A stretch of 64,000 nucleotides of DNA from an uncultured Gammaproteobacteria bacterium (GTDB lineage: Bacteria > Pseudomonadota > Gammaproteobacteria > Nitrosococcales > Methylophagaceae): positions 573,765 through 637,764 of the forward strand of contig CAJIZI010000001.1 in NCBI GenBank assembly GCA_905181885.1, given 5' to 3'. The position numbers and the translations under genes are program-made. Positions 33,233-42,467 of this stretch are shown piece by piece. The first letter of the stretch is position 1. Every line of letters begins with the position of its first letter. The notes beneath the pieces were generated by a model. The model made no database searches, was not told where the DNA came from, and worked only from the letters and a program-made list of their open reading frames with translations.

Positions 33233-34096
33233 TCACGCTTTTTGCCGAATGATTTCATTAATAAAAGGCGTTAAAATGACTTCCATTGCTAGACCCATTT
33301 TAACGGCTGGTACAACTAAGTTATTAGGCCTAGACATAAATGAGTCTTTCAACATACTTAAGTAATATGGGAAGTCAGCAATTTTAGGATCTTTAAAACG
33401 GATCACGACTAAACTTTCATCGGGTGTTGGTATTTCACGCATCACAAAAGGGTTTGATGTATCAACCAACGGCACACGTTGGAAATTTATGTGTGTGCGA
33501 GAAAACTGCGGTGTAATGTGATGTATATAATCAGGCATTCGCTTTAAAATAATGTCCACGACGGCTTCTTGTGAATAGCCACGGTTTGTACAGTCACGTT
33601 TTATCTTTTGGATCCATTCTAAGTTAATTACTGGAACCACCCCAATCATTAAGTCAACAAAACGGGCTATATTAACCTGCTCTGTGATAATACCTCCATG
33701 AAGACCTTCATAGAAAAGTAGGTCGCTATCGCCACCGACTTCCTCCCAACTTGTGAATGTTCCCGGAGGCTTTTTAAATCGGAGGGCTTCGACATCATTA
33801 TGTATGTATTTTCGAGATTTGCCTTTACCCGTTTCAGAATATGTTTGAAATAGGATTTCTAGGCGATCAAGGTGGTTAGCTTCAGGTCCAAAGTGGGTTA
33901 GTGCCGTTCCTTGCTCTTCAGCCTTGGCGATTTGTGATGGCATTTCCTGGCGGTCATACCGATGAAAGCTATCACCTTCGACGATAACAGGCTTGATATT
34001 ACCACGACGAAAAATGTCATCAAAGGCATGTTTGGCAGTTGACGTACCTGCACCAGATGAACCAGTGACAGCGATAATAGGGTGGGATGCGGACAT
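33233..34096 (-). CDS. prk: Phosphoribulokinase (PrkB-type)
   Basis: 287 aa. IIAVTGSSGAGTST P-loop, EGDSFHRYDR, EGLHG. Confidence 0.85.
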   Translation of the reverse strand: MSASHPIIAVTGSSGAGTSTAKHAFDDIFRRGNIKPVIVEGDSFHRYDRQEMPSQIAKAEEQGTALTHFGPEANHLDRLEILFQTYSETGKGKSRKYIHNDVEALRFKKPPGTFTSWEEVGGDSDLLFYEGLHGGIITEQVNIARFVDLMIGVVPVINLEWIQKIKRDCTNRGYSQEAVVDIILKRMPDYIHHITPQFSRTHINFQRVPLVDTSNPFVMREIPTPDESLVVIRFKDPKIADFPYYLSMLKDSFMSRPNNLVVPAVKMGLAMEVILTPFINEIIRQKA

Positions 34097-34119
34097 AAAG
34101 CCTTCTCCTGAAAAGCTAC

Positions 34120-35400
34120 TTATTGCCTTGCAATGGCACGATAACCAATGTCAGTACGATAATACATATTTTCCCAATTAACACTCGCTATCATTTTGTA
34201 TGCTCTACTTTGGGCTTCAGAAACTGTACTACCCAGTGATGTTGCACATAGAACTCGTCCTCCAGCAGTGACAACTTGGTTATCTTGTAAGGCAGTACCT
34301 GCGTGAAAAATTTTACAGTCATTGCTATCAATACCATCAAAGCCAGTAATTACATCACCTTTACGATAGGCTTCAGGATACCCACCAGCGGCAAGCACTA
34401 CACCGACCGCAGCACGGTTATCCCACTGGGCATCGACGGTGTTTAAACGGCCATCAAGTGCTGCTTCACATAAAGGAATTAAATCAGATTGTAACCGCAT
34501 TAAAATAGGCTGTGTTTCAGGATCGCCAAACCTACAGTTATACTCGACTACACGAGGGGAACCATCACTATCAATCATTAAGCCCGCATACAAGAATCCG
34601 GTGTATGGTCTACCATCAGCAGCCATTCCTTTTACTGTAGGCTCAATAACCTCTGCCATAATGCGGGCATGTACTTCGGCTGTTACCACGGGTGCAGGAG
34701 AATACGCACCCATACCTCCAGTGTTTGGACCTTTATCGCCATTGTCGCGTGCTTTATGATCTTGAGATGTCGCCAATGTTAAAATATTCTCTCCATCAAC
34801 CATTACAATAAAGCTAGCTTCTTCGCCGGTCATAAACTCTTCAATAACAACACTGTGTCCTGCCTCTCCAAAGGCATTGCCAGATAACATATCTTCCACA
34901 GCGATAATTGCTTCTTGTTCAGTCATGGCAACGATAACCCCTTTTCCTGCTGCTAAGCCATCAGCTTTGACAACAATAGGTGTACCTTGATCTTTAATAT
35001 AGGCGATAGCGGGAGCGACATCAGAAAAGACTTGGTAATCAGCCGTTGGAATAGAGTGACGTGCGAGGAAGTTTTTAGTAAAGCTTTTTGAAGCTTCTAA
35101 TTGTGCAGCTTCTTTAGACGGACCAAAACAGCGTAAACCCTCTTTAGCAAAAGCATCCACAATACCCATCACTAAGGGGACTTCGGGTCCAATAATTGTA
35201 AGCCCAATATCATTATTTTTAGCAAAAGTAACGAGTCCTGGAATGTCTTCAACAGCAATATCAACATTGTCGACATTGGGCTCTGCAGCAGTACCAGGGT
35301 TACCTGGTGCAACATAAACTTGCTCACAAGTAGGTGATTGAATTAATTTCCATGCCAAGGCATGTTCTCGACCACCACCACCAACCACCAAAACCCTCAT
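34120..35400 (-). CDS. purD: Phosphoribosylamine--glycine ligase
   Basis: 426 aa. MRVLVVGGGGREHALAWKL start, ATP-grasp motifs, GDKGPNTGGMGAYSP. Confidence 0.95.
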   Translation of the reverse strand: MRVLVVGGGGREHALAWKLIQSPTCEQVYVAPGNPGTAAEPNVDNVDIAVEDIPGLVTFAKNNDIGLTIIGPEVPLVMGIVDAFAKEGLRCFGPSKEAAQLEASKSFTKNFLARHSIPTADYQVFSDVAPAIAYIKDQGTPIVVKADGLAAGKGVIVAMTEQEAIIAVEDMLSGNAFGEAGHSVVIEEFMTGEEASFIVMVDGENILTLATSQDHKARDNGDKGPNTGGMGAYSPAPVVTAEVHARIMAEVIEPTVKGMAADGRPYTGFLYAGLMIDSDGSPRVVEYNCRFGDPETQPILMRLQSDLIPLCEAALDGRLNTVDAQWDNRAAVGVVLAAGGYPEAYRKGDVITGFDGIDSNDCKIFHAGTALQDNQVVTAGGRVLCATSLGSTVSEAQSRAYKMIASVNWENMYYRTDIGYRAIARQ

Positions 35401-35588
35401 AACACCTGCCTGACGAACATAGTAAAGAGAACATGATACCGTAGATAGGGCTATAACTGAATTGCGTATTTGTAGCTAAAAAACTTACTAAAGAATGATC
35501 TAGACTAAACTTGGCGATTGCAAACCCAAGATGATTTCTTTATGGTCATCTTAAACTAGCTAAAACAATAAGGAAAAAGATAAAGACG

Positions 35589-36260
35589 ATGAAAGATTTT
35601 AGAAGTTCAGAAGCTTGGCGTGTTTTCCGTATTCAATCAGAAATGGTTGATGGCATAGAAACTTTGAGTGATTTAGGTCCTTCGGTGTCAATTTTTGGTA
35701 GTGCGCGGCTGCTAGAAACATCACCCTTTTATAAGGCAGCGGAGCGAGTGGCAAGAGAGATATCTAAAGCTAAGTTTTCAGTAATTAGTGGCGGTGGGCC
35801 CAGTATTATGGCAGCAGCTAACAAAGGTGCTTTTGGGCAAGGTGGGAGCTCAGTTGGTTTGAATATTGAATTGCCATTTGAACAGTCGCCCAATGATAAT
35901 CAGGATGTTAGCCTTTCTTTCCGTTACTTTTTTGTGCGTAAATTGATGTTCGTAAAATACTCTATGGCTTATGTAGTTTTCCCCGGAGGCTTTGGGACTT
36001 TGGATGAGTTTTTTGAAGCACTGACGCTCATTCAAACTAGAAAAATTTCAAACTTTCCTGTGATCCTTTACGGTGAGTCATTTTGGAGAGGTTTGATAGA
36101 TTGGCTTAAAGAGGAAGTACTTAAGCAGGGGTGCATCAGCGAAAAAGACTTAAATTTATTTTATATCGTCGATTCTCCGGAAGAAGTGTTGCCTATCATT
36201 AAAAGACATCAGCAACAATTGCGTGAAAACCCAGAAGGAGAGCATCGATACTCAGTTTAG
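35589..36260 (+). CDS. LOG-family (TIGR00730) nucleotide phosphoribohydrolase-like protein
   Basis: 223 aa. FGSAR, SGGGPSIMAAANKGA and PGGFGTLDEFFE motifs. Confidence 0.8.
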   Translation: MKDFRSSEAWRVFRIQSEMVDGIETLSDLGPSVSIFGSARLLETSPFYKAAERVAREISKAKFSVISGGGPSIMAAANKGAFGQGGSSVGLNIELPFEQSPNDNQDVSLSFRYFFVRKLMFVKYSMAYVVFPGGFGTLDEFFEALTLIQTRKISNFPVILYGESFWRGLIDWLKEEVLKQGCISEKDLNLFYIVDSPEEVLPIIKRHQQQLRENPEGEHRYSV

Positions 36261-36388
36261 TATTAGTTGTTTCACGTGAAGAAGCTAAAGTAATTTTGGA
36301 AGAAAACTATTAGCTTTCTTCAATTAACCAACATTTTTGTTAAAAACCTATAAACAAACTATAAAACCTTCTGTATAATGCGGCGGAT

Positions 36389-36475
36389 GCCTGGGTGGTG
36401 AAATTGGTAGACACAAGGGACTTAAAATCCCTCGACTTCACGGTCGTGCCGGTTCGAGTCCGGCCCTAGGTACCA
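36389..36475 (+). tRNA. tRNA-Leu (TAA)
   Basis: 87 nt. GCCTGGGTGGTGAAATTGGTAGACAC D-arm, anticodon loop CTTAAAA, long variable arm, T-arm GCCGGTTCGAGTCCGGC, ACCA end. A TATAAT lies at 36374-36379 upstream. Confidence 0.9.
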
Positions 36476-36484
36476 ACAAATACG

Positions 36485-36521
36485 AAGCCCCAGTACCCTT
36501 TTAAGGGTGCTGGGGCTTTTT
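36485..36521 (+). terminator. Rho-independent terminator after tRNA-Leu
   Basis: 14-bp stem AAGCCCCAGTACCC / GGGTGCTGGGGCTT followed by a T5 run. Confidence 0.8.
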
Positions 36522-36560
36522 ATTGTCCTTTATTTTTTTGTTTCCGCTGAGTAAATGATG

Positions 36561-36576
36561 ATATGATATATCATTA
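36561..36576. promoter_or_regulatory. Candidate Zur box (palindrome ATGATATATCAT core) upstream of the MerC-like gene
   Basis: The perfect 12-nt palindrome ATGATATATCAT (36563-36574) lies about 25 nt before the ATG at 36596. It shares the 10-mer ATATGATATA with the palindrome at 39378-39402 and resembles the gammaproteobacterial Zur half-site TGTTATA/TATAACA. Confidence 0.45.
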
Positions 36577-36595
36577 CGTTATTTTAAAGGTCATA

Positions 36596-36982
36596 ATGAT
36601 GAAAGATCACTTGGGGATAGTTTGCTCTGGTTTATGCATTATCCATTGCATCGCGACACCATTTATCTTGGGGTTAGGTATTACGGGTGTTTTAGCCTCA
36701 GTCCTAGCAACAGAGCTTATACACCTACTTTTACTCTTGCCGATTACAACATTAATAATATTGACCGTTCCAACTGCATATATCCGGTATAGGAGTGTGA
36801 ATTTGGTTATTACAGCCTTACTAGGGATGATTTTTCTGATAGGGGCACTTCTTTTAGAGGAAGATTTGGAGGTTTTGTTAACGGTCATTGGTGGTAGTTT
36901 GTTAGTGATGTTCCATTTGTGGAATTTGCATTTGTATAAAAAAACAAATAGGGCAATGGCAGCGGACAGTACAGTTTCGTAA
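36596..36982 (+). CDS. MerC-domain-like small inner-membrane protein (4 TM, CSGLCIIHC motif)
   Basis: Start set at MMKDHLGIVCSGLCIIHCIATP. Four hydrophobic helices and a Cys/His cluster at the first helix. First gene of the zinc cluster. Confidence 0.55.
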   Translation: MMKDHLGIVCSGLCIIHCIATPFILGLGITGVLASVLATELIHLLLLLPITTLIILTVPTAYIRYRSVNLVITALLGMIFLIGALLLEEDLEVLLTVIGGSLLVMFHLWNLHLYKKTNRAMAADSTVS

Positions 36983-37054
36983 AAGAGGAGTTGAACCAGA
37001 TAAAAAAAGGTTTACCGAGACTTTTGATCTCTTTTCACAATATTAGGACTGTAT

Positions 37055-37741
37055 ATGTTATCAACATATTTTGACCACCTTTTGTTAGCTTCTCGGAAGA
37101 GCAAAGTAGAGCTCGATTCGTCACATATATCAGATGTTCCAGTTGTTTTGGCTAATATTTACCAACCATTAGTCAACATATGTGTTTGGCAGCGTCAACT
37201 TACAAAGCCGGTCGCTAATTATGCTGATTGGCTAATCAAAGGTGAAATTAACTATGAGTTACGGATTATTTTGGAAAGTGATAGTGTAATAGACTCTATT
37301 TTAAAGGCATTACCAGATCATAACGGTCTTAGAGCTCTGGCAGAAGATGTAAATTTATTGGTGACAATGTTTGCTGACTTATTTGAATTGAAAATGGTAG
37401 GAATTCGTTTGAGTATTCTAGATAAAGCGATGTGCCCTAAATTTCATACGGATAACTTACCTTGTCGCTTAGTGACGACTTATACTGGAAGTGGCACAGA
37501 ATGGTTACCTGAGGTAGCTGTGGATAGGAGTAAACTGGGAAGAGGAGCGAATGGATTGTCAGATGCAATATCCGGAGTTTATTTAAATCAGAATAGTATT
37601 CAGCAGCTAAAGACTGGAGATGTCGCTTTGTTGAAGGGGTCTGGATGGTTAGGTAATGAAGATAAGGCCATAGTACATCGTTCTCCACAGCTAGATATGA
37701 ATGAAAAACGATTAATATTAACTTTAGATTTTGGGAACTAA
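37055..37741 (+). CDS. DUF1826-family protein
   Basis: 228 aa. The CPKFHTDNLPCRLVTTYTGSGTEW motif is characteristic of DUF1826 as I recall it. Function unknown. Confidence 0.6.
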   Translation: MLSTYFDHLLLASRKSKVELDSSHISDVPVVLANIYQPLVNICVWQRQLTKPVANYADWLIKGEINYELRIILESDSVIDSILKALPDHNGLRALAEDVNLLVTMFADLFELKMVGIRLSILDKAMCPKFHTDNLPCRLVTTYTGSGTEWLPEVAVDRSKLGRGANGLSDAISGVYLNQNSIQQLKTGDVALLKGSGWLGNEDKAIVHRSPQLDMNEKRLILTLDFGN

Positions 37742-37743
37742 GG

Positions 37744-38310
37744 ATGATGAAGGTACAATCAAAAATGAAGCAGATTATTGCTATCTTATGCTATCTTATA
37801 CCTATAGCTTCTTATTCAGGGGGCCATGGCCATGAGGCTGAAGCACACGTACATGGTGTTGCTTCTATGAATTGGATACTAGAAGGGACAGAACTAAGCA
37901 TAGTATTACAATCGCCAATGATGGATTTATTAGGCTTTGAGTACAGACCAAAGAATAACGATGAAAAACTGTTGTTTGCTGCAATGACGGATAAGCTCAA
38001 GAATCCAACAAAAGTAATCGAACTCATCGGCGGTGAGTGCCGATTAATCAGTGCTAACATTTCCAATCCATTTCGAGAAGAGACAGATCATGAAGAAGAA
38101 AGCTCTACTTTATCTCATGAACCAAGCCATAGTGGAATAACAGCTAAATATGACTTTTTATGTCAGCAACCCTCACAGTTTCAAGCCATGAATGTAAAGT
38201 TGTTTAATACTTTTTCTGATTTCAAGGTGATCAATGCTCAGTGGATCGCTAATGGAAAACAGGGAGGGGCCGAATTAAATCAACATCAACATCTAATAAA
38301 GGTTCGTTAA
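37744..38310 (+). CDS. zrgA: ZrgA-like periplasmic zinc-binding protein (DUF2796)
   Basis: A signal peptide is followed by a His cluster (GGHGHEAEAHVHGV), a second acidic/His loop (ETDHEEESSTLSHEPSH) and conserved blocks (SPMMDLLGFEY, ITAKYDFLC, LFNTF) that fit DUF2796/ZrgA. Confidence 0.7.
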   Translation: MMKVQSKMKQIIAILCYLIPIASYSGGHGHEAEAHVHGVASMNWILEGTELSIVLQSPMMDLLGFEYRPKNNDEKLLFAAMTDKLKNPTKVIELIGGECRLISANISNPFREETDHEEESSTLSHEPSHSGITAKYDFLCQQPSQFQAMNVKLFNTFSDFKVINAQWIANGKQGGAELNQHQHLIKVR

Positions 38311-38311
38311 C

Positions 38312-38788
38312 ATGTCGTTAAACCAAGTGGAACTCAAGAAGATTATTCAAAAAGCTGAGGATAGCTGTATTGAATCTGGCGGGAGACTAACGGTAAAACG
38401 AAAAAATGTACTAATGGCATTACTAAGTACGGATATGCCTCAATCAGCGTATGAAATTGCTAGCTACTATAAAGAAACGTTTAATGAAGCGATTCCAGTA
38501 ATGTCGATATATCGTATGCTTAAGTTTCTCGTCAAAGAGAGCTTAGTTCACAAACTGTCATCCACAAAGAAGTATGTTGCGTGTTCTCATATTGCCTGTA
38601 ATCACAGTCATAAAGTGCCACAGTTTTTGATTTGTGATCAATGTCATCAGGTTAGCGAAGTTGGTGTGCAAAAAGAAATTATTGATGCCTTACAGATTAG
38701 TGTTGAAAATGCGGATTTTTACCTTAACAGCCCTGAGCTTGAACTGCATGGGGTTTGTAGGGACTGTCACAAACTTAGCTATTCTTGA
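38312..38788 (+). CDS. zur: Fur-family zinc uptake regulator (Zur)
   Basis: 158 aa. Winged-helix N-part (RLTVKRKNVLMALL...SAYEI) and two CxxC pairs (CDQCH, CRDCH). Embedded in the zinc-uptake cluster. Confidence 0.75.
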   Translation: MSLNQVELKKIIQKAEDSCIESGGRLTVKRKNVLMALLSTDMPQSAYEIASYYKETFNEAIPVMSIYRMLKFLVKESLVHKLSSTKKYVACSHIACNHSHKVPQFLICDQCHQVSEVGVQKEIIDALQISVENADFYLNSPELELHGVCRDCHKLSYS

Positions 38789-39357
38789 TATAACGTTACT
38801 TCATCGACAGTAAAAGAATAAGCAGATGTCGCCATATCATTTTCTGTCAGGGTAGTGTGCAAAGTTCCTTCAACCCAATATGGGTCATAGATACTGTTAC
38901 CGTTAATCCCCTCCTTGTATTCAGCAAAAATAATTTGATTTGGCGGCGGCGGCGGCATGTGGATGCAAGCACCAAAATAAGGAACTAAAAAGAAAGAGGT
39001 CACGCGCTGGTTTTTATCTGTCGTAATGGGAACAATAAATCCAGGAAGACGGATTTTCTGCTTATCGTATTCATGACGAACATTAACTGAAGTTAATGCC
39101 TGTTGATAACGACTATCGCTCGCGAGTGATAATGCACTGGATAATTGATTTGTAATCTGATCATATTCAGAGCCATCCTCAATATTATTAATTTCTTCTG
39201 GTGGTGACATTAAGGCGTCCAAATCATCTTTAGGAAGTAGATCAATCCATTCGATCAGACGGTAAATATTATTTTCTTCAGCATAAGCGGGTATGGCAAG
39301 CCCATTTAAAAATAGGCTGATAAGTGCTGGAAGAAAAAGCTTTGAATAATGGGGCAT
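38779..39357 (-). CDS. DUF3299-family periplasmic protein (ZrgD-like)
   Basis: Start set at MPHYSKLFLPALISLFLNGLAIPAYA (signal peptide). The C-terminal GFIVPI...FFLVPYFGACIHMPPPPPNQ motif is typical of DUF3299. Divergent from the ABC genes. Confidence 0.65.
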   Translation of the reverse strand: MPHYSKLFLPALISLFLNGLAIPAYAEENNIYRLIEWIDLLPKDDLDALMSPPEEINNIEDGSEYDQITNQLSSALSLASDSRYQQALTSVNVRHEYDKQKIRLPGFIVPITTDKNQRVTSFFLVPYFGACIHMPPPPPNQIIFAEYKEGINGNSIYDPYWVEGTLHTTLTENDMATSAYSFTVDEVTLYQE

Positions 39358-39377
39358 TGTGTCGCGTCCTAATTTCG

Positions 39378-39402
39378 CTATATGATATAGAGTATCATAT
39401 AG
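39378..39402. promoter_or_regulatory. Candidate Zur operator: perfect inverted repeat CTATATGATA-TAGAG-TATCATATAG
   Basis: A perfect 10-5-10 palindrome centred in the 80-bp divergent region between the DUF3299 gene (ATG 39357) and the ABC ATPase gene (ATG 39438). Confidence 0.55.
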
Positions 39403-39437
39403 CTGTATTGTCAGAGAGTCGCTTAGGAGCAAATTAC

Positions 39438-40142
39438 ATGTCAGCCAAGCAATTGGAAACAAAAGCTATCGCATTGCGGAATGTAATATATCGTTATCCA
39501 AAATCCATAGCCCCCGTTTTACATATTGATAGCTGGGAAGTTGAGCATGGTGAACTTGTTTTTATCCATGGCCTATCGGGTTCGGGAAAGTCTACATTAC
39601 TCAATCTATTGACAGGAATTTTAGTGGCTAATAGCGGTGATGTTCAGGTTCTGGAACAATCTATAGCTGATTTGCGTTCCGTAAAGAGAGATGAATTTCG
39701 TGCAAAAAATATTGGTGTCGTTTTTCAGCAGTTTAATTTATTCCCTTATCTAAGTGTAATCGAAAATATTAAATTAGCTGTTTATTTTTCAGGTATTGGC
39801 CATGATGTTTTTCAAGAACGATGTCAGGAGTTGTTCTCGTGTTTAAACCTTGACTTAGCACTTATGGAGAGCCGTGCTGATATGCTGAGTGTTGGACAGC
39901 AACAACGTGTGGCTATTGCAAGGGCATTGATCAACAGGCCAAAGTTACTCATTGTGGATGAACCCACTTCCGCTTTAGATAATGAGGCAAAGCATGGGTT
40001 TATGACTATGTTGGTGCGTTTGGCAAAAGAAAGTCAGACGACTTTAATTTTTGTTAGTCATGATGAAACACTGATGCCCTTTTTTTCACAACAAGTCAGT
40101 ATGTCTGATTTAAATTCAACTAGAGAAAAAGATGTTAATTAA
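39438..40142 (+). CDS. ABC transporter ATP-binding protein (ZrgB-like)
   Basis: The ATG at 39438 has TAGGAG 8 nt upstream. Walker A GLSGSGKST, signature LSVGQQQRV, Walker B LLIVDEPTSALD. Confidence 0.85.
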   Translation: MSAKQLETKAIALRNVIYRYPKSIAPVLHIDSWEVEHGELVFIHGLSGSGKSTLLNLLTGILVANSGDVQVLEQSIADLRSVKRDEFRAKNIGVVFQQFNLFPYLSVIENIKLAVYFSGIGHDVFQERCQELFSCLNLDLALMESRADMLSVGQQQRVAIARALINRPKLLIVDEPTSALDNEAKHGFMTMLVRLAKESQTTLIFVSHDETLMPFFSQQVSMSDLNSTREKDVN

Positions 40143-41367
40143 GTTGGCAGCGAAGAGTTTAATGCAAAGGCGTGTTAGCGCTTTGCTGACAGTGATGATG
40201 ATTGCTGTGAGTGTTTTTGTCTTACTTAGTGTAGAAATGATTCGTTATCAGGCTAAAGATAGCTTCGGTAAAACAGTCTCTGGGGTAGATTTATTGGTGG
40301 GGGCACGAACTGGCCAGCTTAATTTGTTGCTACATTCTGTATTTCAAATTGGATACGCGACCAATAATATTTCATGGCAAAGCTACCAGACAATTGCTAA
40401 ACACTCCAAAGTAGCATGGACTATACCGATCTCTATGGGTGATTCACACAGAGGTTACCGAGTGATGGGAACAACGCAGGATATGTTCAATTTTTTTAGT
40501 TATGGTGAGGAAAAATCTCTTAATTTCGCACAAGGAGATGCCTTTAATACGCTTTATGATGCTGTGATCGGAGCCGATGCAGCCAGGAAACTCAATTATA
40601 AGGTGGGTGATAAGATTGTTTTGTCGCATGGCATTGCTAAAACGAGTTTTAGCCAACATAACGATAAACCATTTACTATCTCTGGCATTCTCGATGCGAC
40701 AGGTACGCCAATGGATAAAAATGTTTTTGTAAGCCTACAGGCTATAGAAGCGATTCATATTAACTGGCAACAGGGAGTCAAACTACCGCCTTCTATATCT
40801 AGTAGTGAAGACGTATTGATACCAGATTCAGTGACGGCTGTTATGGTTGGCTTAAAGTCAAAGTTTGCCACCTTTGATCTACAACGCCTGATCAACCAAT
40901 TTCCACAAGAGCCACTCACCGCCATTTTGCCCGCAGCAACATTGATGACGTTATGGCAAATACTGGGGAATGTTGAGCAAATTTTATTATTAATTTCAAT
41001 TCTGGTGTTGGCCGGAGCGTTGTTAGGGATGAGCAATATGCTGCTGGTTTCAATGAGAGAGCGCCAACACGAAATAGCTATTTTAAGAGTCTTAGGGGCG
41101 AGTCCATGGGTTATATTGACGCTCATCCAACTGGAAGCCATATTGTTAGTGATCACAGGCGTACTCATTGCTTTGCTTGGGTTATGGGCGACAGTGCATG
41201 TGTTTCGAGACTATATAATCAGTGAATATGGTTTATTCATTAATGGGCAAGTATTTAGTAGTAACATGTTATTAGCAATGGCTTCGATATTCTTAGCTTC
41301 ATTTATAGTGGCCATGATACCTGCACTGAGCGCTTATCGACGTTCACTGTATGCCAATTTACACTAG
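40132..41367 (+). CDS. ABC transporter permease, FtsX/MacB-type (ZrgC-like)
   Basis: 411 aa. An N-terminal TM, a large periplasmic domain and a C-terminal FtsX-type 3-TM bundle (REIAILRVLGAS). Overlaps the ATPase gene by 11 nt. Confidence 0.8.
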   Translation: MLIKLAAKSLMQRRVSALLTVMMIAVSVFVLLSVEMIRYQAKDSFGKTVSGVDLLVGARTGQLNLLLHSVFQIGYATNNISWQSYQTIAKHSKVAWTIPISMGDSHRGYRVMGTTQDMFNFFSYGEEKSLNFAQGDAFNTLYDAVIGADAARKLNYKVGDKIVLSHGIAKTSFSQHNDKPFTISGILDATGTPMDKNVFVSLQAIEAIHINWQQGVKLPPSISSSEDVLIPDSVTAVMVGLKSKFATFDLQRLINQFPQEPLTAILPAATLMTLWQILGNVEQILLLISILVLAGALLGMSNMLLVSMRERQHEIAILRVLGASPWVILTLIQLEAILLVITGVLIALLGLWATVHVFRDYIISEYGLFINGQVFSSNMLLAMASIFLASFIVAMIPALSAYRRSLYANLH

Positions 41368-41553
41368 GATAGAAAGGTGTGACGGAGAACTGCTAGTCTA
41401 GAAAAGAGTAACTTTCTGACTCGTAACTCGAGCTTGGTATCCTTAGCTTTAATAGCTTTATTTAATTGAAAATACAAATTATTAAAACAATAAGTTGCCT
41501 AACAATGAGTCGTCAGGTAAATTTAAAAAAACTATATTTTGTTGGGAACATGC

Positions 41554-41682
41554 ATGAGGTTAGTGATTGTAAGTTTTATATTTATTTTGTTGACTGGCTG
41601 TTCAGTTATTGGGACTGATAAATGCCGGAGCGGGAATTTAGAAGATGAAGAATACTTAGCTATATGCCATAAAAAAAGCTGA
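41554..41682 (+). CDS. Putative 42-aa lipoprotein (MRLVIVSFIFILLTGCSVIGTDKCRSGNLEDEEYLAICHKKS)
   Basis: Not in the ORF track because it is under 60 aa. It has a textbook signal peptide with lipobox LLTGC and three further Cys. No clear SD. Lies in an AT-rich intergenic patch. Confidence 0.35.
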   Translation: MRLVIVSFIFILLTGCSVIGTDKCRSGNLEDEEYLAICHKKS

Positions 41683-41729
41683 GGACTATGATTGAGAATT
41701 TTTTTTTTACAATAAAAGGAAATAATTGC

Positions 41730-42467
41730 ATGAAACTTCACCGGAAATTTTTTAAAGCCCTAGGTTACGAAATAATTAAATCTAAAAAGCACCCTACGCC
41801 CGGATCTCATACGATTAATTTAATTAACCAATATGATATTGATCTTGTTTTGGACGTTGGTGCAAATACAGGACAATTTGCTGAAAAGTTACGTATCGAT
41901 GGATATGTTGGAGATATTCATTCATTTGAACCAGTAACAGCTACCTTTCAGTATTTGCTTGATGCAAGCAATGATGATTCTAAATGGCATATTCACAAAA
42001 AGGCCCTATCTTTTGAGGAAGGGGAACTAGAAATAAACATTTCTGAATCATCTGATTTATCATCTTTTTTAGATGCGAATGTGTATGGTAAAGATAGGTT
42101 TGCTGAAATTAAAAAATCCGGGTCAGAAGTTGTTGATGTATCAACAGTTGATGTTTTTTTAGAAAAGAAAATACCTAATTATCGCTCAAGAAACATTTTT
42201 TTAAAAATGGATACACAGGGGTTTGACCTGCAAGTTTTTGCAGGTGCGAGTAAGTCTATTAATTCTATTGTATGCTTGCTCAGCGAGCTCTCATTCACCC
42301 CCATTTATGACGGGATGCCACACTACCTAGAATCCTTGAAGCGCTATGAAGATAGTGGTTTTGCCGTTAGTGGTTTGTTTCCTATCTGTCGTAAAAGTAA
42401 AAAAGATTTCACTGTAGTTGAAATGGATTGCATGATGCTCAATCAGTCTATTCAAAAGCTAGCTTAA
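41730..42467 (+). CDS. FkbM-family SAM-dependent methyltransferase
   Basis: The ATG at 41730 has AAGGA 9 nt upstream. VLDVGANTGQFAE SAM-binding motif, IHSFEP, and the later LKMDTQGFD block typical of the FkbM family. Confidence 0.7.
   Translation: MKLHRKFFKALGYEIIKSKKHPTPGSHTINLINQYDIDLVLDVGANTGQFAEKLRIDGYVGDIHSFEPVTATFQYLLDASNDDSKWHIHKKALSFEEGELEINISESSDLSSFLDANVYGKDRFAEIKKSGSEVVDVSTVDVFLEKKIPNYRSRNIFLKMDTQGFDLQVFAGASKSINSIVCLLSELSFTPIYDGMPHYLESLKRYEDSGFAVSGLFPICRKSKKDFTVVEMDCMMLNQSIQKLA

Noticed and set aside
33233-34096. Phosphoribulokinase as a sign of a Calvin-cycle island.
   Set aside because: It is a stand-alone PrkB-type gene between tsaC and purD. There are no RuBisCO, cbb or carboxysome genes in the window, and orphan prkB genes are common.
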